DNA from: Octopus sinensis
Lineage: Eukaryota
Direction of reading: 5' to 3'
Length of the DNA: 64,000 bases
NCBI RefSeq assembly: GCF_006345805.1
Contig: NC_042997.1
Location: 149,048,001-149,112,000 of the forward strand
Under the pieces are notes generated by a model that searched no databases, was not told where the DNA came from, and saw only the letters and a list, made by a program, of their open reading frames with translations. The position numbers and the translations under genes are program-made. Every line of letters begins with the position of its first letter. Positions within the stretch are counted from its first letter, which is position 1. Below, piece after piece: positions 13,628-27,334 of the stretch.

Positions 13628-14864
13628 AAGAGTGAGAAACAGATAGAGAAACAGATAGAGAAAGAGAGAGAGTAGAAATGTGTGTGTGTGTGTGTGTGTT
13701 GGAGGTTCGAGTAAGTAAGAGCGTGTGTATGTGTGTCGCATGGAGAGAAATGTTCTTCCAGTTATATGTTTCAATCCACTTTGTGATACAGCTTTCCGAT
13801 GCTCATTAAATAATTACCGCTTCACAGCAAAAAGTATGAGAGTCGATGTTATCAACTTAAAACATTAATTTGAGAAAAATCATAATGGTTCACAAGTAAG
13901 TAGGAAATTGTTATCATTGTATAACTATAGATAAATGTATTTTCAAAGCAGAGGAGATGTATGACACGGTGTATGAAGGAAATTAAAATGTAAATTCAAG
14001 TACCTCTGACCTGGAGGAAATTCAGATATTCTCCTGAAAGACCTTGTTCATAAATCAGCGTCAAAAACGTTAATAAAAAAATGTCTAGATACTTTCGAAG
14101 AGTAAAGAATAGAAACTGACCGACTTTTGTTCCCCATGTTTGTTTTAAGATCTTTGATCACTCACGTTATTAATGAATAATGCAACTGTGCAGATTTAAT
14201 TCACGAGGCATATCAAATGTCAATCTTAGTGTGATTATACATAGTCGAGGGAATACGTGAGACGAGCTGTTGAGCAGCAAACTAGTTGGATTACTCCACA
14301 TTATGGAGTCAAATTCTGTCGGCGGGGACTGATTTTTTTCTTTCCTTTAACGGTTCGAAATTGAATTACAACGAAACGGCATCGACCTAATATATCAAAT
14401 ACATCATTTTCACTTCAGTACATTGCTTTCCTGTACAAAGTAGGTTGAAAAGAAAGAGAATATGCTTGGGGACATGCAGCTCATTAATTAGCAAGCTTTT
14501 GTGAAACGCATTCCATTTTACGTAGAGTAGTTTGATTTATAGCAGTTGAAATTTTACATATTAATCTTATCTATATGGGGGCTTACTAAAAATGTCAATG
14601 ACATTACTGCACATTAACTGATTCTCCTGCAACAAAACAAATTACAGTTTGCTACACACATACACCGTGCACATCAGTAATAGGCGCGGGTGTGTTGTTT
14701 TTTTTGTTACTTCTCAACAGAGGGGTTTCGGATTCCGTCTAATTACGCGCTTCCTCGGGCTATTCACTTCTACTATTGCAACATTACGACCAAGTATTTT
14801 GGGATCATATTTAGTAGGTGGAAAACATTAAAGAGGTTTATTTCTCTGTGTGTGTGTGTGTTTG

Positions 14865-14906
<42 letters not shown>

Positions 14907-15004
14907 ATATATATATATATATATATAATATATATATATATATAGACAGACAGACAGAGAGAGAACAATGGAGAAGTACAGAGAGAGAGAGATACATACG
15001 TATT

Positions 15005-16824
15005 TACGAGGTGATATCAAAAAGTTCCCGGAGTAGACCTTCATGAGGAGGGAAAGGCGAATCGTCCGGCCACGGAAGAGACGCACCCTCCCTCAGTTGA
15101 AAAGAAAAAAAAGAGGAAGAGGAAGAGAAACAGGACATTGCCGGCAGTCGTTGACATAGAACCGGAATGTCCCGGAACCAAGTCGGTTGGGGTTGTGCCA
15201 CCGACAGGAAACAAAACACCGTTGGCGGGAACTGTGCCCCCAATGAAAGAATTGAATATCCTGCCCCCGGGGAAAGACGATATATTAATCTTCTTCCATA
15301 GAGGCAGAGAGATTGAAAAGTAATGGAAAAGCACCATAAGGGAGCACCTTCAGCCTTCACACAGGACCCCGAATGACCGCCGCAGATAGCTGTCGAGGCC
15401 ACGACGTTCGACGTGACGTTTGAGATGAAGGAGCTCAATGAGGAATATCGCTTGTTCCCGGGCAATGCTTACACGGAACTCGATGTGGTTTTGTTAGAGG
15501 CCTGGAGGATGGCAGAGGATGCGGGCACAAGTTATTTTGAGGATGAGTCATAAATTGTGGCACTGTGTGACACAAACATTTGATAATAGGCACTTCGCTT
15601 TCTTTCTGAACTCCCCGGCTGTCAACGTGGTCTGCTCTGCAGGCGGCTAGATATTTGATTGGAGGTCCGGAAAGAGGAGGAAGGGAGAAGTGATAATGTA
15701 ATTTTTATGTTTGATAGGACATGTTTAGATACGACTTGAGGGGCCCCGACCTAGAGCTGGCGCATTCCTAAGGGAAGTGTAAGCCAGGTCTGGGAGGAGG
15801 GGCTTTGTGTATTGTATTTATATTATATGTAATTATTGAACTATGTTGTTGTTTGTCAGGACTGTTAAGTCCAAACATTGAAAAGTTGTAAAAGTTGTAA
15901 AGAGGTTTAATACCTCGTTTTGTGTTTGGTTTTAAAGAACAATGTTTTAGAGAAGCAGAATTCGGCGGGCGCTTTTTGTCTTCTCCCATCCTTATCATCT
16001 TTCTTTCATTATCATTCATTTCATTAATGTCCTCGTTCAGCCCGCAAAGCTACTTTACTCTATGTACTGCCTTCATGGCAAATGTAATGAAATAAAGTTG
16101 TGGAATTTGTGTTTTGCGAACACGTGTATGCTATAGTCAACGATTTTTTCATAGAGAGGAACAAAGAGCCTACGTGAAATTTTGCGTTAAACTTAGGAAG
16201 TCTGCTGCAGAAACATTGAGCCTGCTTCTGCAAGCTTAGGTGACGAGTCATTGGGTGGTACGCAATCTTTCGAGTGATACAGGCTGTTTTAAAGTGGAAG
16301 AACGTTTCTGGAAGACAACAAGCTATCTGAAATACCTGCCACGAGCGACACGCCCGGAACTGTGGCATTGTGCCTCGAGAATTCGTCCCCTAGGGTAGAC
16401 CGTCAATTGAGAGTTCTACTGTGACGTTTTGAAGCGTTTTGAAGCGTTTCGAGGAAAGTGACCGGATCTGTAGATTGCAAAGAATTGGATTTTTCACGAC
16501 AATGCACCCTGTCACCGAGCACATCTCGTGAATTTCTGACCAAGCATGGTATTGCCAAATTTAGGACCTGCGAACTTCCATCTCTTCCCCAAGATAAAAA
16601 TGCAGCTCAAAGGTCACCGGTAACACCTTTGTCGAGATCCAGATCAAATCGCTGAAGGTTCTCATCTCGTTTTCTAGGCCGGATTCCAAAAGTGGTAGGG
16701 ATACTGGGACAGGTGCATTGCTACGCAAGATAAATATTTCGAAAGAGATGATGCTAAAACTTACGTAAATTAGTTATTTTTATTAAAGATAACTAGACCT
16801 GTAACTTTTTAATACCACCTGATA
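15005..16824 (+). mobile_element. Degenerate Tc1/mariner DNA transposon, internally deleted, with nested insertion
   Basis: Imperfect TIRs at 15005-15036 (TACGAGGTGATATCAAAAAGTTCCCGGAGTAG) and 16793-16824, about 24/32 matches. Broken transposase frames at 16150-16750 resemble mariner blocks: EQRAYVKFCVKL..., GIVPREFVP, HDNAPCHR, FPKIKMQLKGHR. Confidence 0.8.
15043..16000 (+). mobile_element. GC-rich insert within the mariner, probable retroelement ORF1/3' fragment
   Basis: Broken reading frame (EEGKANRPATEETHPPSVEKKKKRKRKRNR...; QIAVEATTFDVTFEMKELNEEYRLFPGNAYTELDVVLL...) followed by an AT-rich UTR-like tail. Family not recognised. Confidence 0.35.
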
Positions 16825-18851
16825 TTTATGTATGTATTAAATGCATGCGCACTATTGAGTGTGCGTGCGTGAAAGTGTGTGTGCGTGAGAGTGTGTGTTT
16901 GTGTGCGTGTGTTTACATCTTCGCTCACTTATTGAAAAAATCCCACGAAGCGTGCTTAGCTTTCTTGTAGGAATTTCTTCTGTCAAAGAATCGTCTACTT
17001 GCATCGCATATTCAAAGTAGATTATAATAAAAGGACTCTCACTTGAAAATCGCTTAAGTAAGCGTTCTTATCGGGTTGTAAAGCTATTACTTTTTCATCG
17101 TTCGCATAATTGTATATGTTGTCGATTTCGTTGTAAGCAGATTTGCGTGTTTCTATGTTTTTATGTTAGGTGACATATTTTTAATCGTATCTTTATGCCT
17201 AAAATATTATTTTACCCAGTAATGAATGATTGTATATCAGCCATACGCTGTAATCGAGAATATCGTCCGCGGTATATATTTCATTATATATTTATCGAAC
17301 TGTTAATTTATATTTTGAAGTAAATAATTTCTGTAATATATTAAGAAAAAACAAACATGCTTGCTTAGCGAAATTGTGAGGCACACCTGCTGATTGTAAT
17401 GAATCGCATTCCACTGGAGCTGAAGCCCATTACATCGACTATAATATTTTCGGGAAATTTGTGTCTTGTAATATCAGAAACCTCTAATATTTGTAGGAAG
17501 GGGATCATCATTAATTTGAAACCAATATAGTATGCAGATTTTATGTAGACGTTTATTTCAATTAAGCCTGTACAAACTTATGCATTCCTTCCATTTTTTC
17601 GCATGTCAATGTAAGCTACATCAAATCTTCCGAGATTTTACAGCTATATTCCTCATATAACAGTGGGAGAATATATGAAATTAATTATTATATTAATATG
17701 GACCATTATATTTTTTCTGCAAACGTATATCACACTTTCAATTACACCTTTTGCATCTGTAGCATGTAATAAACCTACATCCATACGTCGTGTTCCTTGT
17801 TATGAAAATATTTTAATGAATTCCCATCTACCTTTAAATAATCCCTTTACAAATTTCTCTCAGAAAAAAAAACTCCACATTCACTGCTTGCATATCCAAC
17901 AGTTGCGTTCCCATATTTGCAAACACGACTGAATAAACCACCACACACACACTGACACGCACACACACTCACCTACATACACACATACATACACATACGT
18001 GCATATACATGTACATGTATGTATGTATTTATATCCCCTAAGTAGATGAAGAATGCTAAAACTCTCTCTCTCTCTCTGCATGTCTCTCCATCTGTATATC
18101 TGTCTCTCTCTGTTTATATGTGTGTGTCTGTCCTTATCTATATCCACATAAACGTTAATATCGATTGTAGAATGAACACGGATATCGAGAAATAGGGATA
18201 CAATAAATTAAACGGGGGTGTAAATGAAGAGTTATGCAGAAAAGAAATTAGCAAATAGTAAATCTCAACTTATTGATTCTCAATATTACCAAGGACAACG
18301 TCTTACGAAAACAGTCTGATCGATCAACCTGATTGATTAATCGCCAGTAATGATAAATTTAAGAATGGCGGCGAGAAAGAGAGCTGCGAAAATTCGTTTG
18401 AACCTTAAAATATTATGGTTTTATACACGCTCTGAGCTTATGAAGTTCTTAATTCGAAGAGATGATCCATAAATTTTGCCCATAAATTTGATATTGAGAG
18501 CTTTACTGTAGAACCATTTTAAATATTCTGAAAGGTTACAGCTAACAACGTGTCTTTCATGTTTCCCGAGTCTTCTCTCTTCATCCAACACACGCTGTTA
18601 TGATCAAAATCACATAAGCAAAATTATTATATTTTGCTGCACACATACATATATGCATGCAACAAAATACGTATATACATGTGTGTGTGTGTGTGTGTGC
18701 GTGCGCGTGTGTGTGTGCTTGTGTGTGTTTGTGTGTGTATACACATACATGTATATATGTATGTATATATATAACTGTATATATATATATATATACATAC
18801 ATATATACATATATATATATTTGTATGTGTATATATACATATATATATACA

Positions 18852-18910
<59 letters not shown>

Positions 18911-19496
18911 ATATATATACACGCATATATATTCATGCATATATGTGTATGTGTGTTCGTGTGTTTGACAATATATATACATAAATTCACAGGCTTCAAC
19001 AGGCGCATCCATATGTATAGACATGCACACACATAGCACACATATATAACACACATACACAAATTAAGGTGCATATACACTTACACACACACGCACACGC
19101 ACAGGTTCGCACACGTACACATACACACAAACACACACGTACACAGCACGCATACATATGTGAATATATTTAGAATTCCACGTGTGAATTGGTCAGTCAT
19201 AGAATATAAGTTGAAAATGAATTAATTACACAGTAGGAACTTTATTTTATCCATTGAAGACAGCATAAAACTGTTATATTTAATAAATTATCTCCATTTC
19301 CGTGGTCAAAACGTTGAAATCTGGCTCGTACAGTGAATTTGGATAAGAGTGAGCTGATGCAAGTGTGTGACGATATCAATTCAAATTCTGTTGATGGTAT
19401 GTTCCAGAGTTTCTGCGGTTTCGTTATAAATGTGACATAAAGTACCAGCCTGCTTGTGCAGGCTCACAAACACACACACACACACAGACACACACA

Positions 19497-19556
<60 letters not shown>

Positions 19557-19702
19557 CACACACATACGCACCACACAAACACACAAAGAGAAAAAAAATG
19601 AGAAACTCCTTCTCGACACGTATATCTATAGCTATCTATCTATCTATCTATCTATCTACCTATCTATCTATGTCTATATCTATCTATATATCTATATATC
19701 TT

Positions 19703-19767
<65 letters not shown>

Positions 19768-19789
19768 ATATATATTATATATATATATA

Positions 19790-21920
19790 TATATATACAT
19801 ACACACACATATATATAAATATAGATATAATGCATAAATGTATATAATGTACTATAACGTTTGTGTGTATGAGTGCATGTGTATTCACACACACACACAA
19901 ACACGCACACACATATATGAGTGTGTGTGTATGCGATTATATTTGTGTTTAAATGTATGGTTATGAGAAAATACATACCTATAACAATATATATAAATAA
20001 ATACATATTCTTATGTAATAGAACGACTACGACGGCCATTGTGATTATCACGACACCTATAAGGACTGTATGATGGTATTGACAAGAGCGACGATGATGA
20101 CGATGATAACGAAATGAATGGGACGCTGGATAATTTGGATGATGACGAGAACACTGACTACAACATTGAAGATGAAGATGATGATGATGATGATGATGAG
20201 GAGGAGGAGGTGGAAGTGGATGTAGAAGATGAAGAAGAAGAAGAAGAAGAAGAAGAAGAAGAAGAAGAGAAGAAGAAGAAGAAGAGGCAGAAGAAGAAGA
20301 AGAAGAAGATAAAAAAGAAGAAGAAGAAGAAGAAGAAAAAGAAGAAGAAGAAGAAGAAGAAAGAAGAAGAAGAAGAAGAAGAAGAAGAAGAAGAAGAAGA
20401 AGAAGAAGAAGAAGAAGAAGAAGAAGAAGAATATAACCATCACAATTAAGTCAGGCATTTATGGAACCTACACTTCAGTGGGAGAAAAAAATATAAACTG
20501 GTAATAAAAGCATGTCGAGATGGGAAGTTTAAACATGAAAGAGAATTTCTCTTAGCTGTTGTGTGGAATGTTAAGTGGAAGATTGTGAAAGAGGAGAGTT
20601 TATGGACATATACACCTATAGATAATACGTAGACATATATATATATATAGATATATAGATATATATATTATATATAGTTATATGTATATAAATGAGTGTG
20701 TAGGCACGCGCAAACTCACACTCAGACACATATTGTGAGTAAATATACAGGGAGAGACAGTGAGAACGAGAGAGAGAGAGAGAGAATGAGAGAGAGATAG
20801 TGATATATATATAGGCATGGATATCGACATATATATATATACACACATACATATATTATATATATATACATACACACACATATATATAAATATAGATATA
20901 ATGCATAAATGTATATAATGTACTATAACGTTTGTGTGTATGAGTGCATGTGTATTCACACACACACACAAACACGCACACACATATATGAGTGTGTGTG
21001 TATGCGATTATATTTGTGTTTAAATGTATGGTTATGAGAAAATACATACCTATAACAATATATATAAATAAATACATATTCTTATGTAATAGAACGACTA
21101 CGACGGCCATTGTGATTATCACGACACTATAAGGACTGTATGATGGTATTGACAAGAGCGACGATGATGACGATGATAACGAAATGAATGGGACGCTGGA
21201 TAATTTGATGATGACGAGAACACTGACTACAACATTGAAGATGAAGATGATGATGATGATGATGATGAGGAGGAGGAGGTGGAAGTGGATGTAGAAGATG
21301 AAGAAGAAGAAGAAGAGAAGAAGAGAAGAAGAAGAGAAGAAGAAGAAGAAGAGGCAGAAGAAGAAGAAGAAAAGATAAAAAAGAAGAAGAAGAAGAAGAA
21401 GAAAAGAAGAAGAAGAAGAAGAAGAAGAAGAAGAAAAGAAGAAGAAGAAGAAGAAGAAGAAGAAAGAAGAAGAAGAGAAGAAGAAGAAGAAGAGAATATA
21501 ACCATCACAATTAAGTCAGGCATTTATGGAACCTACACTTCAGTGGGAGAAAAAAATATAAACTGGTAATAAAAGCATGTCGAGATGGGAAGTTTAAACA
21601 TGAAAGAGAATTTCTCTTAGCTGTTGTGTGGAATGTTAAGTGGAAGATTGTGAAAGAGGAGAGTTTATGGACATATACACCTATAGATAATACGTAGACA
21701 TATATATATATATAGATATATAGATATATATATTATATATAGTTATATGTATATAAATGAGTGTGTAGGCACGCGCAAACTCACACTCAGACACATATTG
21801 TGAGTAAATATACAGGGAGAGAGACAGTGAGAACGAGAGAGAGAGAGAGAATGAGAGAGAGATAGTGATATATATATAGGCATGGATATCGACATATATA
21901 TATACACACATACATATATA
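19790..21920. repeat. Tandem duplication, two ~1.07-kb copies, each containing a (GAT)n/(GAA)n tract
   Basis: Unique anchors recur at offsets of about 1062-1071 (ATAAGGACTGTA at ~20059/21130; ATATAACCATCACAATTAAG at ~20431/21497). Confidence 0.9.
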
Positions 21921-21971
21921 TATATATATTTATTTATATATAGACATATTTATACACACACACACACACAC

Positions 21972-22015
<44 letters not shown>

Positions 22016-23180
22016 TATATATGTGTCTGTGTACATATACATACATAAGTCATATATGCATACCTTAATTTATTTGTGTGTGTGGTATGTATACATAGAC
22101 ATACATATTTAAGAATTCAATCTCAGAAATATTATGATTATATGGCTTGTGTGAATTGATGACCGCGCTATTCAATGCCATGTCAATGAATAATTTAAAT
22201 ATAATCAACTATTAAGATATTCTAAAATATGCATATATATTTTGATGATTTAAAAAAAAATATATCCAATAGATTCCAGTGTGTACAATATGCATGTCGT
22301 ATGACTCCCATCTGCATTAAATTCTTTTACAGCATATTACAAGGAGAGAATACTCTATGTTAGTGAAGTGATCTTCCATAAAAAGTTTGAACGAGAAAGG
22401 AATATTTGGAAGTATACTGATTGCGTTTATGTATTCAAAATATTCGCTTTGAGACAAACTATTCTATTAGCGGGAACATAATGTCTTTTCTAAAGTATTA
22501 AATCAATGTAAAATTACTCATATCCCTACAGATACCTTTACCTGGCTGAGATTCGGTTGATTATTGATTTCATTGGTATTTGAAAAATAAATATTGAAAC
22601 CCCCACACATGTACGTACAGAAACACACAAACACAGGGGGTGAATCTCCTTTGGTTTCTTTATTCGACTTCATCAGCTGATTTATTAACGTATAAAATTA
22701 GAGTTTCAATGCACGTGTACGCTTAAACAAATATTCAGACATTATCAGCGTGATAGTTAGATCGAGAAATATGTACGTTTGAATTTCAAACACAATCCAT
22801 CTTATTTGATTGTATACTATTATTCTAATCAGAGTTTTACCTTCTAAAGTACGGGTCAATTCGAAGGTATAGGAAACCATATTGCACAACATCAACTAAA
22901 TGCGATGCAACTAGAAGTATGGTACATTCGGGGCGTACTACTGTCTCATTGGTACCTCTACATCGAAGTGCATACATACATGCATACATACCAACATAAT
23001 ACATACCTACGTACATACATATATACATACACACATGCATATATACATACATACATGCATACATACATACATGCATACATACACACATACATACATACAC
23101 ACATACATACATACATACATACATACATACATACATACATACATACTTACGTACATACATAAACAATGTGTTTGCTTGCA

Positions 23181-24870
23181 TTTGGGCTGCTTGATTGGAC
23201 ATTTGATGAGATCTAAGACATTAATGAGAAAACCCGAAAACTACTAAGCTCGTTTAATTCCCACATAAACAGTGACGTACACCGTCTCTACCTAAAACGA
23301 AAACAAGACGGCAGAGGCTTAACATTGATCCAAAATGCCTTTGAACGTCGCATCATATCCCTTTGGCAACATCTTTTAATCAGCAAGTGTCGAAGTGCAT
23401 CCCTTCACCAAGTTTGCATACATGAGGCTAATAACATCAAAAGACTTGGAAGGTAACTCCATGAGCAACAATCTTTGTCTGATAACCTAGAAATCATGCC
23501 CAAAGAAGCTGCACGACTTTACCGCAACGTATCATCAGATTAAAGGATGAGCCTATATGAGCAGAAGACTATGCATGGATATGTTAATAGAAAGTTCCGT
23601 GAAGATAGTAACATATATCATCAAAGCAGTTTATTACGAAGCAATAGCCGGATTACTACCTCCGACTTTGATGGGTATGATGCAGGAAAAGCAGTAAAAT
23701 GTGACAACCTATGCAGATTTTGTAGAGGTAACACCGAAGATATCACCCACATCATAAGCAGTTTTCCGAAAATGTCTTCACAGTATTATCTACCGATGAG
23801 CCATGATGTTGTAGCTAGGACACGCTGTAATGAATTCCGTCGGAAGGATAATAGCGAGGACAAAGAAATAAGAATCCACAATATGGTAGAGGCCATAGCC
23901 ACACATAATAAAAAAGAATACTGGTGTAATGTATCAGTGAAGACCCCCAATAAAATGTAAGCACAACGGTCCTGATATAATGATTTGGGATAGAGAAGAA
24001 AAACTGTGCAGTTGTGGAAATTTGCTACCCAGCAGATGTTAACATAAAGCTGAAGATCAGAGAAACAGAGAACACCAATGCTGAACTATTGAAAAAATCT
24101 GCAGTTATTCTATCCAGATTACAAGTTCAGTTTTATATCTGTAATTATTGGGGCCCTGGGATATGCAGCACACTGCCTAAATACCAGTCTTGCGAAATTA
24201 GGCTTCTCAAAACCAGAACGAAGAAAGCTAATTAGAAGACTACAGATCCAACCCATCACTGGATTATCATTGACGTTTATGAGCATGTCTAGATATGCAA
24301 CTATTTGCATGAACAATTGCAGCGTGGAAGGTGTTTGTAAGCCATTTAAGAAACGCACAAAAGCCGTTCTATTCACTTCAACATTTAAGTTTAATTTGTC
24401 AAAATATTTTCGTCGCTAAAATCCGCGACCTGTTCACTGACAAAAATCAGATGCAGCACGGAATTTTTGTCAGTGAACAGGACGCGGATTTTAGCGACGA
24501 AAATATTTTGATAAATTAAACTTAAATGTTGAAGTGAATCGAACGGCTTTTGTGTGTTTCTTAAATGGCTTACAAACACCTTCCACGCTGCAATTGTTTT
24601 CGTTCCAGCACATGATCTCAGATCAAATCACTTGCTATGCGAGTACATCTCCGTATTTGCATGGAAATACATATATAAAGCAAAACATACAAATCTTCAC
24701 ATATCTATACATGAATACATGCATAAATACAAACACACATCCATCCATATATACGTACATACATACCCTTTTGTTTATGTTGAAATTCCAATGAAGAAGC
24801 GTTGAATCTAAGTTAGAAACCGGCTCTTTCATTATTGGCAAAAAATATTAAAAGAAAACTGAACAATGAC
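23181..24870 (+). mobile_element. 5'-truncated non-LTR retrotransposon with restriction-like endonuclease (R4/Dong-like), pseudogenised
   Basis: Frames with stops give SDVHRLYLKRKQDGRGL, LCRFCRGNTEDITHII...SHDVVAR (decayed CCHC knuckle), and a frameshifted HNGPDIMIWDREEKLC...VEICYP (PD..D/E endonuclease region). (TACA)n on both sides. Confidence 0.75.
24312..24598. mobile_element. Fold-back palindrome / MITE-like insert, ~136-bp arms
   Basis: AACAATTGCAGCGTGGAAGG...CCTTCCACGCTGCAATTGTT; 15-nt loop at 24448-24462; few mismatches. Confidence 0.85.
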
Positions 24871-24939
24871 ATACATAAATACATACACATGTATACATAC
24901 ATAAATACATACATGCATACATACATACATGCTTACATA

Positions 24940-25390
24940 CTCTGAAGTATTCAAAATTCTACATTTACTCTACCTCGATTATAAATTTAGGTCTATATCT
25001 GTAATCATTGGGGCACTGGGAAATGTAACGCACTGCCAAAGTATCAAGCACCAAGTACCAATCTTGAAAAGTTAGACTTCTCAAAACCAGAATGGAGAAA
25101 GCTGATTCGAAGACAAAAATTCAACACGATCACTGGAACGTAATTATCCGTAAAACTTTCCGGAAGATTATCATTTAAATATATATGAGTCTAAACATAC
25201 AACTATATGCATGGGAATGCATACATAAAGCAAAACATACAAATCAGCGCATATACATAAAAAAATACCCCGTGATGTTGAATTTCACATGAAGGAGCCT
25301 TGGACCCTGGTAGGAAAACCATTCTTGAAATTGAATAATGCCATAAATACACACACATTTATATTTCTGGGATTATTTCAGGAAATCTTG
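24940..25390 (+). mobile_element. Second, shorter 3' fragment of the same R4/Dong-like family
   Basis: Colinear with 24090-24830 (TATATCTGTAAT..TGGGGC.CTGGG, CTTCTCAAAACCAGAA, TAAAGCAAAACATACAAATC). A third remnant lies at ~25475-25555. Confidence 0.65.
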
Positions 25391-25810
25391 AAATAAACTG
25401 AAGAGTGTCATACATACATGCATGAATACATCCATATATACATGCATACATACAGAAGGTTATTTAAATATGTATGAGCATGTCTAGATATGCAACTATA
25501 TGCATGAGAATACATACTTAAAACAAAACATACAAATCTGCACATATACATATATGGTTTCATACATATATACATACATACATACAAAAATACATACATA
25601 CACTTGAGAGCTTTGCTCAAATAAATCGACCGGAGTATTTTCCTTAATTTTCACTTAGGGCCTCGTATTTATAATATCTGTTTCTTTTGGAGAACGGCTC
25701 AGTTAAACGGACGTAAACGATTTAGTACCAGTTGCGAAGTTATGGTTGTGCTGGGTGTACAAGCAATGAAAACACACTCTGCAGTATATAATGCATTCAT
25801 ATGTATATAT

Positions 25811-25870
<60 letters not shown>

Positions 25871-25904
25871 ATATTATATATATATATATAATATATATAT
25901 TATA

Positions 25905-26390
25905 GGGTATGTGTGAAAGGAACACACGAGTTGATATATATGAAAAAACAAGTAAAAAATAGAAAATGCTAAAATAATTTTATAGTGAACATTTCAGTAC
26001 CGGTTTCGGTCATTTTGAGACCTTTTCAACTGTACGATTAAATAATTAAATTTAGAAAAATTAGAAGAAAAGTTTTCTTAAAAGAATATTTCTATAGTAG
26101 TGTTCAGATTTAAGTGGCATTCTGCCTTTCTCTGACTCCCTTGTTTGCACTTGTGTGTTCGAGGTAGTTGTGAGTTGGTAGGGTAGTAGAGGAAGGCTGG
26201 TGAGGAAAGTGGGTGGGAGAATCTGGGAGTGCCCTGATGGTCGTATTTTGAATGGTCAGTGGCGGCTGGCAGTCTCAGTTCAATTCAGGAGAATATTTAT
26301 ATTGACAGGCTTGTTTATAGAATTAGCGTAGGTGTTATACTAAAAACATTAGTGACAAACTTAAGGGTTAGGGGGTGGAGAAAAGAAGAA
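25905..26390 (-). mobile_element. Probable Penelope-like element 3' relic with hammerhead motif
   Basis: Minus-strand decayed frame (VCH*CF...NILLN*TETASRH) loosely resembles the Cys/His C-terminus of Penelope GIY-YIG proteins. It is followed by an HHR variant and ends in (TA)n. Confidence 0.4.
25995..26032 (-). ncRNA. Minimal type I hammerhead, U3-A8 core variant
   Basis: CAG-UUGAAAA-GGUC-UCAAAAU-GACC-GAAA-CCGG-U-A/CUG: 3-bp stem I, 4-bp stem II, palindromic stem III. Confidence 0.6.
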
Positions 26391-27084
26391 GAAGAAGAAG
26401 AAGGAGAAGGAGAAGGAGAAGATGATGGTGATGGTGGTGATGATTATGACGACGATGATGATGATAACGATGATGATGAAGAAGAAGAAGGAGGAGAAGG
26501 AGAAGATGGTGGTGATGATGGTGGCGATGATGATGACGCCGATGATGATGATAACGATGATGATGAAGAAGAAGAAGAAGAAAAAAACAGAGAAGGGAGA
26601 ATATGAATGGGTTGTAAATATAGCTATGAAGGGGCTGATTAGTAATGGATTCTATGGAGTGTAGTATTTGTGTGTGTATATATATTTTTTTCTTTTATTC
26701 TAAAGTTGAGGTATATTAATTGTTTGTCGTAGACCCGTTAAGAAGTGGCTTGTATTTTGTAATAAAGAAGATTCCTTTACTTATGTATGTATGTATGTTA
26801 TGTATGTATAATATAATATATATATATATAATATAATAATATATATATATATATATATATATGTTGTGTGTGTGTGTGTGTGTATGTGTGTGTATGTAAT
26901 GTATGTATGTATTATGTATGTATGTATGTATGTATGTATTATGTATGTATGTATGTATGTAGTATGTATGTAAGAGAGTGTTAGGCGTGATGTACAGAAA
27001 TTGAATATTGAGAAAACAGTAAAGACTATTTTGTTTCCTGAATAATATATATATATATCTATATATACATATATAATATAATAT

Positions 27085-27143
<59 letters not shown>

Positions 27144-27146
27144 GAC

Positions 27147-27219
<73 letters not shown>

Positions 27220-27334
27220 TACAAACATATATAGTGAATTGGAGGAGAATTTCTGAAGAGAGTTACATCCGATGGTAAATAACTGACTGAGATTTCACTC
27301 ATGTGGTTGAAAAGATGTAGCGGTATTTATAAGG

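Noticed and set aside
18355-18385. YY1-like AGAATGGCGGC promoter motif
   Set aside because: A single imperfect match with no other promoter evidence.
20114-20449. Acidic-basic 111-aa ORF resembling a nucleolar or chaperone protein
   Set aside because: Built from (GAT)n/(GAA)n repeats; the frame is not preserved in the duplicate copy.
22640-22685. Minus-strand CTGATGA...GAAA
   Set aside because: No stem II pairing and no UH triplet; at most a relic.
24781-24830. HHR-like motif (ATGAAGA...GAAACCGG) in the R4-like 3' UTR
   Set aside because: Position 3 is A in both family copies, U16.1 is absent and stem I is poor.
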